64,000 nt of DNA, taken from positions 1 to 64,000 of IMG/VR virus record IMGVR_UViG_3300030041_000009. One strand, written 5' to 3'. A program made the translations under genes and the position numbers. Numbering within the stretch: the stretch's first letter is position 1; each line of letters starts with the position of its first letter. The notes beneath the pieces are model-generated. The model worked only from the letters and a program-made list of their open reading frames with translations, made no database searches and had not been told where the DNA came from. This document shows, one piece after another, positions 1-10,537 of the stretch.

Positions 1-264
1 GTTTGTTTCATATTTTTTTAAATTGTTTAATTTTTGTTTTCTTTCAAATTTCAATGATGTTTCAAATAATCCTATATAATATATTTGATATGGTTCTTCT
101 TTTAATCCAACACGTATAATTGAATTGTCTACTATTGAATTGACTAATTGATCTACAGTATAAATTTCATTAAAATTTAATGTTTTTGGTACACCCATTT
201 CTTCAAATATATTTGTAGGTTGTTTAAGTACAATTTTATCACCAATTTTCAAAGATGTTATCAT
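1..264 (-). CDS. Small KOW/SH3-like hypothetical protein with RxxKLxxL C-terminal tag (runs off the window edge)
   Basis: Own translation MITSLKIGDKIVL...FERKQKLNNL; no stop before position 1. Confidence 0.6.
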   Translation of the reverse strand, partial: MITSLKIGDKIVLKQPTNIFEEMGVPKTLNFNEIYTVDQLVNSIVDNSIIRVGLKEEPYQIYYIGLFETSLKFERKQKLNNLKKYETN

Positions 265-275
265 TATTATATCAT

Positions 276-530
276 TTAGCATTCAAATTTTTCTTTTTCA
301 TCTATTTCATTTACATCACAAAAATGAGTTTTTAATACATATAATGCTTTATTAAAATTATTTTCAGTAGTATCTATAACATCTTTATATTCTGATGAAC
401 TATCAGCAAATAAAATTGTCCAACCATTTTCACCTGCTTGAATTGTTACTGTTAATTGTCCAACACCAACTTTAAAGCTTTTACTTTTTTTTACCTCACT
501 TGAAGGCATCATTCCAAAAAATCTATTCAT
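276..530 (-). CDS. Hypothetical phage protein
   Basis: 84 aa ORF in a co-oriented run. Confidence 0.6.
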   Translation of the reverse strand: MNRFFGMMPSSEVKKSKSFKVGVGQLTVTIQAGENGWTILFADSSSEYKDVIDTTENNFNKALYVLKTHFCDVNEIDEKEKFEC

Positions 531-547
531 ATTATTTATTTTTAAAA

Positions 548-967
548 TTAGTCCATCTCTGAAATTTCATCTTCTGAAATTTCAATACAATCAATATCTT
601 TTCTACAATCTTCAAGAAAAATATGAATAAATGTTTCATTTTTTCTTGGCATAATACCTCTTACTATAGTATGTCCATTTTTATTATAATGTTTCCAAAT
701 AGGAACATTAAATTTATCAAATTTCCAATCTGATTTTTCATATGATTCAAAAATTATTGGTTTTAAATCATTTTGTTTTCCTACTCTATTAAATCCATTA
801 GGAAGTCCTAATAATATATGCCCTATTCCAAATATCATAGTTCCTATTACATGTTTTCCACATCCAACTCCTGCTATTGTATTAGGTTCAAAACATTTAA
901 TGTTTGATCCACATACGCAACCAGGACATTGATATTCTTGAATTGCTAATTTAAATTTTTTTTCCAT
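548..967 (-). CDS. Cys-rich hypothetical protein
   Basis: CPGCVCG and CGKH, possible metal binding. Confidence 0.6.
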   Translation of the reverse strand: MEKKFKLAIQEYQCPGCVCGSNIKCFEPNTIAGVGCGKHVIGTMIFGIGHILLGLPNGFNRVGKQNDLKPIIFESYEKSDWKFDKFNVPIWKHYNKNGHTIVRGIMPRKNETFIHIFLEDCRKDIDCIEISEDEISEMD

Positions 968-1230
968 TATTTATTTTAATAAATTTTTAATTTTTTCAGG
1001 TATTTTGTTATTATTTATTTTTTTTAAATTTTTTATATAATGATCATATGATATTTTTTCATCAATACATCTCTTAATTTGATTATAAAATGTATCAATT
1101 ATTTCATCTGGTATTAGTTCTAAGTAATTATAAATCATAATTTTTAATTATTATCATTGGGTATAATATTATATATTTCATCTAATAATTTATATAAATC
1201 TTTTTCAGTTTTCAATAATTTTTTTTCATA

Positions 1231-1545
1231 TTATTTTTTCACAGCTAAAATTGAACTACCACAAGAATTATAAACTTCAATACCAACAAATACTGTATCT
1301 TCATATAGAGTAAAATAATCATTACTGCAACCTACTGTATAAATACCGTTAATACCAGTTTTATAGTAATTAGTTTTATCTATAATAGATGTTTCTTTCC
1401 AACTATTATCATGACATTCTTCAACACAATCTGTCATTCCATCAAATGAACTAATATTTTTTACAAATAGTTTATCACTATTCCTTTTTGCAAAACTTTT
1501 TAATGTAGCAAGTGTAATTTTTTTTGTGCCTATTAACTGTTTCAT
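1231..1545 (-). CDS. Hypothetical phage protein
   Basis: 104 aa ORF preceded by TATCTTTG. Confidence 0.65.
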   Translation of the reverse strand: MKQLIGTKKITLATLKSFAKRNSDKLFVKNISSFDGMTDCVEECHDNSWKETSIIDKTNYYKTGINGIYTVGCSNDYFTLYEDTVFVGIEVYNSCGSSILAVKK

Positions 1546-1568
1546 ATTGGTTATGTTTTAATTAGATA

Positions 1569-1576
1569 CAAAGATA
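1569..1576 (-). promoter_or_regulatory. Bacteroidota-type -7 promoter element TAnnTTTG (representative site)
   Basis: Same motif on the minus strand at 2021, 2897, 8294, 8652, 12153, 18529, 20037, 23502, 34236, 40528 and 41279, mostly 15-60 nt upstream of a start codon. Confidence 0.75.
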
Positions 1577-1599
1577 CTAATTATTTATCAGATTAATAG

Positions 1600-2001
1600 T
1601 TATTTGACAAAATCTTTAATGATTTTTAATCTTTCTTCATCTGACATAGATTTTTTTATATCATAAGAATATTTTTCTGATATTAATCTTAATCTTTCAC
1701 TTTCAGAATAGTTATATAGATTATCAATATTAGAGCAATCTGTTATAATATTATCATTTTCATCATAAATGATATAATTATCTTTATTTTTTATTAATAT
1801 ATCATCTATACTATCATATATAAAATCATTTATAATATCATAAAATGTTTCACCATAAATAGATTTTAATAAAATATTATTGATTTTATTATAATCTTCT
1901 AAAAAATCAAATAAATCTAATCCATTATCATGAATATTATTTTCTTTTTTACCTTTTTCTATAGATAATTCTATAAATTTTATGAATGCATTTTTTGTCA
2001 T
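1600..2001 (-). CDS. Hypothetical protein (likely start MTKNAF)
   Basis: ORF; TATATTTG at 2021-2028 favours the ATG at 2001. Confidence 0.6.
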   Translation of the reverse strand: MTKNAFIKFIELSIEKGKKENNIHDNGLDLFDFLEDYNKINNILLKSIYGETFYDIINDFIYDSIDDILIKNKDNYIIYDENDNIITDCSNIDNLYNYSESERLRLISEKYSYDIKKSMSDEERLKIIKDFVK

Positions 2002-2067
2002 AATTATGTTATTTAGAGTACAAATATACAAAATAAATTTGGAATAAAAAAATTAATATATAAATAT

Positions 2068-2691
2068 ATGAAAATAAAATTTGAAGAATTTATATTAGAA
2101 TCAAAAAATTATAACCTTTATAAAGGAGTAGGTAATTTAAAACAAATTTTACTTGATGGTAAAATAAAATTACTAAAAGGTGAATGGGGTTATCAATGGA
2201 GTTCAGATATGAGAAGAAATTTAGGAATAAAAGATGAAGTTGGCATATCAGTAACTAGAAATTTTTCAACTGCTGTTGGTTATGGTGATGCTGTAATAGA
2301 ATTTGATACTCAAAAATTGAGTGATAAATATAAAATTATTCCAATAATAGAAAATTTAGACTATTATTTGAATTTACCAAAAGAAAAAACTAAAAAATTA
2401 TCAATATCAAAACAACTTAGATTAAAAGAATTTGGTAAAGAATATTGGAACATCAAAACAAATAAAGATGCATTCGATTTTGGTATTGCAGAAGAGATAA
2501 TAGTATCAAATGAAGTTTCAATAAAATATATAAAAAAAGTATATATTATTTATAGTAATAGAGATATAACAAAAAAAATTGAATTGCTAAAATTGAATAA
2601 TATTCCTTACGAAATAATATCAAAAGATGATAAATATTTATCTAACGTTAAATATAGAAAAAATAAGATTAATACTTATTCACAGATGTGA
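2068..2691 (+). CDS. Putative ADP-ribosyltransferase-fold protein with CTS-like N-terminus
   Basis: MKIKFEEFILE leader; LYKG...ISVTR...AEE spacing resembles ART strands; TTAATATATAAATA upstream. Confidence 0.4.
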   Translation: MKIKFEEFILESKNYNLYKGVGNLKQILLDGKIKLLKGEWGYQWSSDMRRNLGIKDEVGISVTRNFSTAVGYGDAVIEFDTQKLSDKYKIIPIIENLDYYLNLPKEKTKKLSISKQLRLKEFGKEYWNIKTNKDAFDFGIAEEIIVSNEVSIKYIKKVYIIYSNRDITKKIELLKLNNIPYEIISKDDKYLSNVKYRKNKINTYSQM

Positions 2692-2866
2692 TATTATTAT
2701 CTTTAAATTCTATTTCTAAATTATTTGAGAATATTTCTACAACCTCATCATCTTTCATATAAACATAATCTTCACTTGAAGGCAGCCAACCATTTAAAGA
2801 TTCATTTAATCTACAAGATTTTTTTAATCTTAATTGTAAAATTTCGTCCAATTCTTTAAATTTCAT
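2669..2866 (-). CDS. Hypothetical protein
   Basis: 65 aa ORF with TATCTTTG upstream. Confidence 0.5.
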   Translation of the reverse strand: MKFKELDEILQLRLKKSCRLNESLNGWLPSSEDYVYMKDDEVVEIFSNNLEIEFKDNNITSVNKY

Positions 2867-3135
2867 ATCATTTATATTTATATAAGTTTATAAATACAAA
2901 GATACTACATTATTAATCATATGTCAATAATATAAAGTATATTTTCAATTATTTATATATTTTTAACTTATTATCATAATTTGCTGATTATAAGTACATT
3001 AAAATAAAAATAAACTAATTATTTAATTTTTACTATATAACAATGAGAATAATTTAATTTTAGTAATAAAGAATTACTATATAATAACATAACTAATAAT
3101 TATAAATCAAATTAGATAACCTAATTTTATAATTA

Positions 3136-3242
3136 ATTGATGAATTAATCCGCTGATTTTCTTACTGTAAATCCTATCTTATAAGCGGAATTTATTACCA
3201 TTTGGATATATTTATTTTTATCCTATTTACTGATTCATCAAT
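3136..3242 (+). ncRNA. Candidate structured 5' leader (three-way junction)
   Basis: Pairings 3136-3145/3233-3242 (10 bp), TCCGCT/AGCGGA and GGATA/TATCC. Confidence 0.3.
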
Positions 3243-3261
3243 AAAAAAACAATTTAAAGAC

Positions 3262-3732
3262 ATGAGAAAAATTTTACTAGGCATAATAATGCTATTCGCT
3301 TTTAGTGTATATTCAAATACTCAAAACATTACAACAAGATTTATTGATAAATATAATGCATTAACTATATCATTAAGCAACGAATATAAAATCCCTGCTA
3401 GCGTAATTCTTTCAATTTCAATATGGGAAAGTGGTTCTGGAACAAGTAAATTGAGTAGAACTAAACATAATTATTTTGGAGTTAAACAAGGAAAACATTA
3501 TAGAAGTTATGAAAATGATTCTATATCATTTAGGCATTTTTGTGAGTTTACTTCAAAAAGAAAATATTATTCTAAATTAATAAATAATAATGTTACAGAT
3601 TATAATATATGGGTACATAACATTCAAAGAGGTGGATATTCGCAAACAAAAAATTGGGGTAAACATATCGTTGACATGATTAAAATATACAATTTAAATA
3701 AAATTGATAATCAATATGTTTTTATTGATTAA
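3262..3732 (+). CDS. GH73 glucosaminidase (FlgJ-like peptidoglycan hydrolase) with signal peptide
   Basis: IPASVILSISIWESGSG, HNYFGVK, GGYSQ; hydrophobic N-terminus MRKILLGIIMLFAF. Confidence 0.85.
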   Translation: MRKILLGIIMLFAFSVYSNTQNITTRFIDKYNALTISLSNEYKIPASVILSISIWESGSGTSKLSRTKHNYFGVKQGKHYRSYENDSISFRHFCEFTSKRKYYSKLINNNVTDYNIWVHNIQRGGYSQTKNWGKHIVDMIKIYNLNKIDNQYVFID

Positions 3733-3889
3733 TTTGAAAATTATTTAATTTATTGAGTTTTTCAATTCTATCATCTTTCAATTTTTTTCTTTCTGCTTCT
3801 CTATCATATTTATATGATAGTTTTGCGTTTGAAAAACTTGGATCTGCTACTAAATCATAAGTAAATAGTTTATTTAAAATTATTTTCAA
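3722..3889 (-). CDS. 55 aa mini-protein: prohead-protease-like motif plus RxxKLxxL tag
   Basis: Own translation (TTG start): MKIILNKLFTYDLVADPSFSNAKLSYKYDREAERKKLKDDRIEKLNKLNNFQINQ. Confidence 0.6.
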   Translation of the reverse strand: MKIILNKLFTYDLVADPSFSNAKLSYKYDREAERKKLKDDRIEKLNKLNNFQINQ

Positions 3890-4181
3890 TTGATTTTAAT
3901 TTCTTTTTTCTTAAATGCTTAACATATTCATTTGGAAAATTATCATAGTCTAATACAGGTTTATCAGATGCTTTTTTTATCATATCTAATTGCCATTGTA
4001 TAGATTCTATTGGATCCTCACATTCACTTTCATATGAAAAAATGTTTATTGAATTTTCTGTACAAGATTCAGGTATATCACTTTCATCATTGTAATATAC
4101 TTCATAAACACCAAATTCGACTTCAGAGTCAAAATCTGTTACCATTCTTTTTGCTAAAATTCTATAATTCCAATACGACAT
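3870..4181 (-). CDS. Phage protein (WNYR type) with RxxKLxxI tag
   Basis: MSYWNYRIL...YEVYY...LRKKKLKSI. Confidence 0.7.
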   Translation of the reverse strand: MSYWNYRILAKRMVTDFDSEVEFGVYEVYYNDESDIPESCTENSINIFSYESECEDPIESIQWQLDMIKKASDKPVLDYDNFPNEYVKHLRKKKLKSIENNFK

Positions 4182-4217
4182 AATATATTTATATCACATG
4201 ATAAAAAAAAGTTTAAT

Positions 4218-4247
4218 AAAAAAGTCAGAATAATTATTCTGACTTTT
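4218..4247. terminator. Bidirectional intrinsic terminator; identical copy at 15732-15761
   Basis: Palindrome AAAAAAGTCAGAATAATTATTCTGACTTTT. Confidence 0.75.
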
Positions 4248-5691
4248 CTATTGTATCTAATTTAATTAATTTGTTTGTTTTTATAGCTGATCGTATGTCA
4301 AACTTATCAGAATGACAACCATTTTGAAATGGTACTTTTTTTCTCCATAAGAATTCGTCTGATATAATATTTTCAAATGATTTTCTCAAAATATACTTCA
4401 AGTGTTTTCCTTTACCGTTATTTTCATCACGATATTTTGGAGGTATTCTTAAACAAAAATTCACAAAATTATAATCAGCAAATGGAGTTCTTGCTTCAAT
4501 TGTACCTCCATACATCATAGATTTATTTAATGTACTCAGATTTTTATGATTTACATTTTTAACTAATGATATTCTTCTGTTATGATATTTTGTTTCATCA
4601 TTCCAGCACCACCTTTTAACATCATCATATGATCCAAATATTTCATCACTAACATCTCCACCAAATACTACTTTAAATCCTCTATTTGATATTTCTTTAG
4701 CTAATAATATTTGTGCAATAGCAAATGATAATTGAATATAATTTTCACTTTCTATCGCATAAATTGTTTCTTGCAATTTTTCTTTCATTACATCAAATGG
4801 AATATCAATAATAACTAATTTTATATTATTTTCTTCTGAGAATTTTTTTGCAAAATATAAATCATCTTTTAATATTTTTTTTGAATTTGTGGTGCCAGAT
4901 ATATTTATAACAAAACTTGTAATATTTTGTATTCTTTTAGATAATAAATATGTTATTAATGTAGAATCTATTCCACCACTTAATATTGTGCATATGGGTA
5001 CATCTGATACTAATTCATTATCAATAGCGGCATTTAGTAATCTTCTTATATTCGTTGTATAATAATTTTCACCTTTGTCAATTTTGTCATAATTAATATT
5101 ATCAAATGTAAAATATTTTGACATTTTTAATTCATTAGTATCTAAAAAATATTCTAATACTGTACCAGGCTGAACATCACAAATATTATCATTGGTATCA
5201 AAACATTTTTTTTCACTGGCAAATATCAGTTTACTATCATACTTATAATGAAATGGTAATCTTCCAATATAATCCCTACCTAAAACCAATTTATTTTTAA
5301 TTTTATCCAAGATACAAAAACAAAACATACCGTCTAATGATGACATAAATTTTATTAAATCGTCAGAATATTCTATATAAATTAATAATAATAATTCTAC
5401 ATCTGATTTATAATTATTAATATTGTATTTTTTTCTCAAATATGAAAAGTTATCAATAGTTCTATTAAATAATTCACCGTTAAAAACAATAACATAATTA
5501 TCATCTTTACTATGAAATGGCTGATTTGAATAATCTGACAAATCAACAATAGATAATCTATTATGACCCATAAATATATTTTTATATTCGTATATTTCTT
5601 GATAATCTCTTCCTCTGTGCTTAATTTTATCTAATGATATCTGAATATCTTCTTTAGATCCGAAACCATTTCCACCTACAATTCCACACAT
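4234..5691 (-). CDS. asnB: Asparagine synthetase B-like glutamine amidotransferase
   Basis: MCGI Ntn start, HRG, HNRLSIVD, FNGE, LSGGIDS PP-loop, SDEIFGSY, EARTPF. Confidence 0.85.
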   Translation of the reverse strand: MCGIVGGNGFGSKEDIQISLDKIKHRGRDYQEIYEYKNIFMGHNRLSIVDLSDYSNQPFHSKDDNYVIVFNGELFNRTIDNFSYLRKKYNINNYKSDVELLLLIYIEYSDDLIKFMSSLDGMFCFCILDKIKNKLVLGRDYIGRLPFHYKYDSKLIFASEKKCFDTNDNICDVQPGTVLEYFLDTNELKMSKYFTFDNINYDKIDKGENYYTTNIRRLLNAAIDNELVSDVPICTILSGGIDSTLITYLLSKRIQNITSFVINISGTTNSKKILKDDLYFAKKFSEENNIKLVIIDIPFDVMKEKLQETIYAIESENYIQLSFAIAQILLAKEISNRGFKVVFGGDVSDEIFGSYDDVKRWCWNDETKYHNRRISLVKNVNHKNLSTLNKSMMYGGTIEARTPFADYNFVNFCLRIPPKYRDENNGKGKHLKYILRKSFENIISDEFLWRKKVPFQNGCHSDKFDIRSAIKTNKLIKLDTIEKSE

Positions 5692-5858
5692 AAATTTAGT
5701 TTGTTTAATTTATTTCTTCTTGTAACATTCTTTATTGCTATATCAATAAGCTTGTTTGTGATATCTTTTTTATAATATCTGAAATAATAATCTCGTTTAA
5801 GTAATTCTAATTGAGATATACTAGCTGTCATTAATTTATTAAGAATACCATCTTCCAT
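5676..5858 (-). CDS. Small protein with RxxKLxxL tag
   Basis: Ends RRNKLNKLNL. Confidence 0.55.
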   Translation of the reverse strand: MEDGILNKLMTASISQLELLKRDYYFRYYKKDITNKLIDIAIKNVTRRNKLNKLNLCVEL

Positions 5859-5981
5859 TTTTTTTATATAATAGCATTTCTCCTACTACCTGAATATCTT
5901 TATATTTTAAAGTAAGTTCAGTAATTAATTCTAATTCTTCACAAGAATTATTTAACATTTTAATTAACTCTTCCATATTTT

Positions 5982-8071
5982 CTACATTATTTTTTTACTT
6001 AATTTATTAAATATTGGAGAACAGTGTTTTAATTTGCACCATTGAACAGATTTAAATGTTTTTATGTCGTATAATCTACCTGTATCCTCACCATTATATG
6101 AAATGTCATGATAATATGCCTTACCCCAATGATAGACAAGGATCATCTCTGCTTTATAACCAAAATATTCAGATTGAATTATGTGATGATATGGTATTTC
6201 TTTTCCAAGGATATAATTAGCAGATAAATTACCATCCTTAAATTCAAAGTTATCTAAACTCTGATATTCACTTCCTTCAAATATCCAAGTTTCTTTAATG
6301 CTATTGAAATAAATATTCATTAATCTACTAAACTCTTGAGTATTAATAATCTTAACATTAAAAAGCATAAATTCATTAAATGATAATCTTTTATCTACTT
6401 TTTTTATATCATTTCTTATAGAATATGTATCAGTATCTCTATTATATTGTATTAATTTACCACACTCTGATTTATAATATACTTTTTTATTCATGTTTAT
6501 TTTTTAAGAGTTAGTAGATAATATTTATCTTTATTAATCATAGATTTATATGTTAATTCAGATTTACATTGATAATTTCCAGAAGGTAACATCATCAATA
6601 TATCCTGTTCTTCAATAGGCAAATCAAGTTGCTCATAATCACCATCTAAGAACACTGGAATATCAAATTTTGCTAATTCTTCTGCATCATTATCAATATA
6701 AGCTCCTACTCCTTTAGGTAAATAATTACTTAATTCTCCTAAATTTATATTATCAGTTGATATTAATAATTCACTTTCACTTGAAGAGAACATTCCATAA
6801 GGATGAGTTGTAGTAAATCTTAATTGCTTCATAAATATATTATTTTTTTTATATTATTTCTAATCTATAAGCTTTTCCTTCATTATTATCTTCACATTTA
6901 CTATCATATTCAAATTTATCAAAGTTTTTTATGATAAATTTCTTACATTTAGTTTTTCTCATTATTCTATTTTTAAATTACCAAAAATATCTTTATTAAA
7001 ATATATAATTTCTTGTAGCTGTTTTGTTCTTGATTCCATTTTAATGTTATTTAAATAAAATTGAGCAACATTATTTAAATCTATAACAATTAAGTGTGTA
7101 TATAGTAAATCAATTCTCATTTCTTCTATACTTATACTACCAACCTTATGATTTATAATACTATCAGATAACAATTTAATAATAGCAAATTCTCCACAAA
7201 TTGACTTAATTAATATAGAAAGTGCAGAATTGTACACTTTTTCTTTGTTACATCTTGTGATTATAGCATCAGCTTTTTCTCTAAATAATTCTAATACTGA
7301 TTTGAAATTACCAATTGGTTTAATATCTTCAATTTTCATTATTAATGATTTAATTTTGAATCATATTCCATTCCAATTGATATTAACCAATCATTAGCAG
7401 ATTCAATTGTAGTAAAATGAATTGTTTCAAATATATTCTCCTCTATACAATCCCAATATCTATTAAAATCTGAATTATTAACATTTTCAATATCATCATA
7501 TGATTCATCTTCTTCTTTATAATCAATAACACAAGTAACGACATCATCTTCAATATAACATAAAAATACAGCTTCATCAGGATTTATAGTGCTCCTATTT
7601 CTATTTTTATATTTTTTTTCAATTCTATCATTTTTTATTGACATAACTTCATTATCATTAATATCAGTAACTAATGGAGTCCATATTTCAGTACCATTAA
7701 TTACTGTCACAAATGCTTCATAACCATCTTTATTTTTGAATCTATAATGCGTAACTACGTTATTATCAGGTTGTTCTACTACAAATTCCCAATCTATAAT
7801 ACCAAAATCTTCTTCTATTTTTTTCTTACAACGTTCTAATATGTTCATTATTATTTATTTTTTTAGATTCGATTTCTTTTTCTTTTTTCTTTACTTCTTC
7901 AATATTTTTATTCATATTTTGAATAATAGAACGAATTTCTTCTTCTTTCTGTTCAGATCCACTAAGATGACTATATTCATCATATCTAAAATTATATTTA
8001 GGATGATAAATTTTAGCAATACTATTCAATGCTTCATTCTTATACTGTTGTATGATTTGATTTTTTGTCAT
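5982..8071 (-). CDS. Run of five hypothetical ORFs (5982-6494, 6497-6832, 6962-7339, 7342-7848, 7826-8071)
   Basis: Tightly packed co-oriented ORFs with no recognised motifs. Confidence 0.6.
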
Positions 8072-8305
8072 GATTTTATATTTTATATTGTTTATAACTT
8101 AAGCCCAGAAATTTCAATCACAATATCTTCTTTTAATTTACCAGTACAAATTGCAAGAACTTCACTAATTTCAAAAATTGAAATTCTATCGACATCTTCT
8201 TGATTTTTGCTTGATCTAACAAATGCTCTTGCATTGTTTATCATCATTTTATAATACGGATTTTCCATTTGATTTAGTTTTATAATTTTGATACAAAGAT
8301 ATATA

Positions 8306-8363
8306 AAAAAATCCAGAACTAATCTGGATTTATTGTTTATTTAAAAAGATTAATATTATTTAA
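8306..8363 (+). repeat. Imperfect direct repeat (terminator plus flank); second copy at 11471-11524
   Basis: AAAAAA(T/G)CCAGAACTAATCTG...TTTATTTAAAAAGATTAATAT(T/C)ATTTAA in both copies. Confidence 0.7.
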
Positions 8364-8602
8364 CTTATTTCATATTCACTTTTTATTTTTAATAACTTAA
8401 GTTTTCTCTGTTCTTGAAGTGTACAGAAATATTCATAGAAATTAGGATAATCTCCTACAAATTTAGTTTTATTAAGAGAAAATATTCCAAAATTATACAA
8501 ATAAACTATATAATCATCATAAAATATAATATAATAATATTCACCTTCAATATAATTATTATATGCCTTTTTACAAATATATTTTGTATTTTTATTTAAC
8601 AT
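8360..8602 (-). CDS. Small protein with RKLKLLKI tag
   Basis: Ends FCTLQEQRKLKLLKIK. Confidence 0.6.
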   Translation of the reverse strand: MLNKNTKYICKKAYNNYIEGEYYYIIFYDDYIVYLYNFGIFSLNKTKFVGDYPNFYEYFCTLQEQRKLKLLKIKSEYEIS

Positions 8603-8728
8603 TATTTATATTTTTAAATTGAAGCATCATTTTCATGATTTTTAATTTTTACAAAGATAATGAAATTATTTGATATTACAAAAAAATAATAAATATTTTT
8701 ATATATAGTAGAAATAAATATTTTAAAT

Positions 8729-9388
8729 ATGAGTAGAATTAATAAATTTGATGAGTTTGTAAATGAGTATAATTATAAATTTGATGATTCAGAATTTTAT
8801 GATTCAGAATTTGATGACCCTGAATTCTATGACCCTGATTATGATGACTCTGTATTTGATGACCCAACAATGGGTGGTTTAAGTATTGATACTTTACAAA
8901 TTGCCGCAGATAAATATAAAACAAAAGAAGAATTTATTAAAAATGATCCAAGAGCTTATGATATTGCTCTTAAAAGTAATTTATTAGATTACTTATTCAA
9001 TAAACAATCTAAACAAGTGCCAAAAGGATATTGGACAGAAGAAAACCTTCAAAAAGAAGCTGATAAATATGAATTACGAAATGATTTCAAAGATAATAAT
9101 GCTTCAGCATATAATATTGCTTGTGATAAAGACATATTAGATAAATTGTTTAACGATCATGAGAATCAAGGATATGCGGAAAAACATAATCCTAATAAAG
9201 TTTTTACGAAAAAACAATTACAAAATATAGTAAATAAATATAAAACACGAAGAGAATTTCAAAAAAATGATTCAGAAGCATATTCTAATGCTGTTAGAAA
9301 TAGTTTACTAGATGAATTGTTCAAAGATAAACCAAACCAAGGATATAAAGGAAATCAAAGACAAAATAATAAAAATGACATCAGATGA
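8729..9388 (+). CDS. CTS-like leader, acidic repeats and three HEG-type helical repeats; no nuclease domain
   Basis: MSRINKFDEFVNE; (D)DSEFY repeats; WTEENLQKEADKY repeats like those in 14449-15747. Confidence 0.7.
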   Translation: MSRINKFDEFVNEYNYKFDDSEFYDSEFDDPEFYDPDYDDSVFDDPTMGGLSIDTLQIAADKYKTKEEFIKNDPRAYDIALKSNLLDYLFNKQSKQVPKGYWTEENLQKEADKYELRNDFKDNNASAYNIACDKDILDKLFNDHENQGYAEKHNPNKVFTKKQLQNIVNKYKTRREFQKNDSEAYSNAVRNSLLDELFKDKPNQGYKGNQRQNNKNDIR

Positions 9389-9522
9389 TGTCATTTTTAT
9401 TTTTAGTAATTTAAATTTTATTTCTTCTATTCTACTGTAAAAATAATCCGTAATTCTACTATCACAAGTTAATATAGAAATATTATAGAAACATTTAGAT
9501 TTCAATGTATCTATATATTTTT

Positions 9523-10455
9523 TTATTCATATTTTTGTTTAAAAATGAATTTTTTATGAATATAAAGAAGTAAATCTTTTATATTAATTGTATCTGATTT
9601 GTTATTTTTAAATTCATTTATAGATAAAATATCATCCAAAACTTTATATCCTTCTATTATATATTCATCAGATTTAGTAATAAAATATTTTTTCCAATTT
9701 TCAAAAAATATAAATATATCATTTTTATCTGCACATAAATTACCACCAAAATAATTTATAAAAATATTTACTTTATCTATAATATCTTGCTCATTAATTA
9801 ATTTATTATAATCAAATGATTTTAAAATATTAAAAGATTTATACATGTAAGAATCATGATATAACCTATATAATTCTTCTTTAGAACACTTACAATTTAT
9901 AAACATCTCCCATATCATAGTATTTCTAGCTATTAATTCGTGTTCTAATGATAAATAAATTAATTGTAAAAAATCTATAAAATATTTATTGCTTTCATTT
10001 TTAAGTAACTCAGTATAAAATAAAGAATTTGTGAATGATTTCATATCACTTTCTTCATTTATAGTGTAAACATCATAGATATGTCTTATTTCATGACTTA
10101 TAACTGAACATAATTTATCTACATTTAAATTTATATCATCAATTATAATTGGTATTATTGTTCTATCTTTTCCTGTTACTAAATCATTTATATTTACATT
10201 TGAATAGTAAATAATATCTTTATCCTCATATCTTATTTCAGAATTCAATTTGTTAAATTTAACATCTAATTCTATGATCAAATTACAAAATTCTAATGAA
10301 TTTAAATCTATATTTTTTTTAAATGATTTCGTTTGATTGCCTATAATTTGCCTTATTTCATTAAATAACTTTTTTAATTCATCTGGAATTTCTTTATTGA
10401 ATGATTCATATGTTTTTATGTATTTATTCCATAAATTTTTATTTAATATTTTCAT
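9523..10455 (-). CDS. HExxH (gluzincin-like) metallopeptidase, paralogue 1
   Basis: SHEIRH...YLSLEHELIAR. Confidence 0.7.
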   Translation of the reverse strand: MKILNKNLWNKYIKTYESFNKEIPDELKKLFNEIRQIIGNQTKSFKKNIDLNSLEFCNLIIELDVKFNKLNSEIRYEDKDIIYYSNVNINDLVTGKDRTIIPIIIDDINLNVDKLCSVISHEIRHIYDVYTINEESDMKSFTNSLFYTELLKNESNKYFIDFLQLIYLSLEHELIARNTMIWEMFINCKCSKEELYRLYHDSYMYKSFNILKSFDYNKLINEQDIIDKVNIFINYFGGNLCADKNDIFIFFENWKKYFITKSDEYIIEGYKVLDDILSINEFKNNKSDTINIKDLLLYIHKKFIFKQKYE

Positions 10456-10537
10456 ATAAAGTTTTTATTTATATATAAAAAGATAATAAATCTAATATTA
10501 ATTTTTAATATATAAACGAAATAAAATTTTTAAAATT

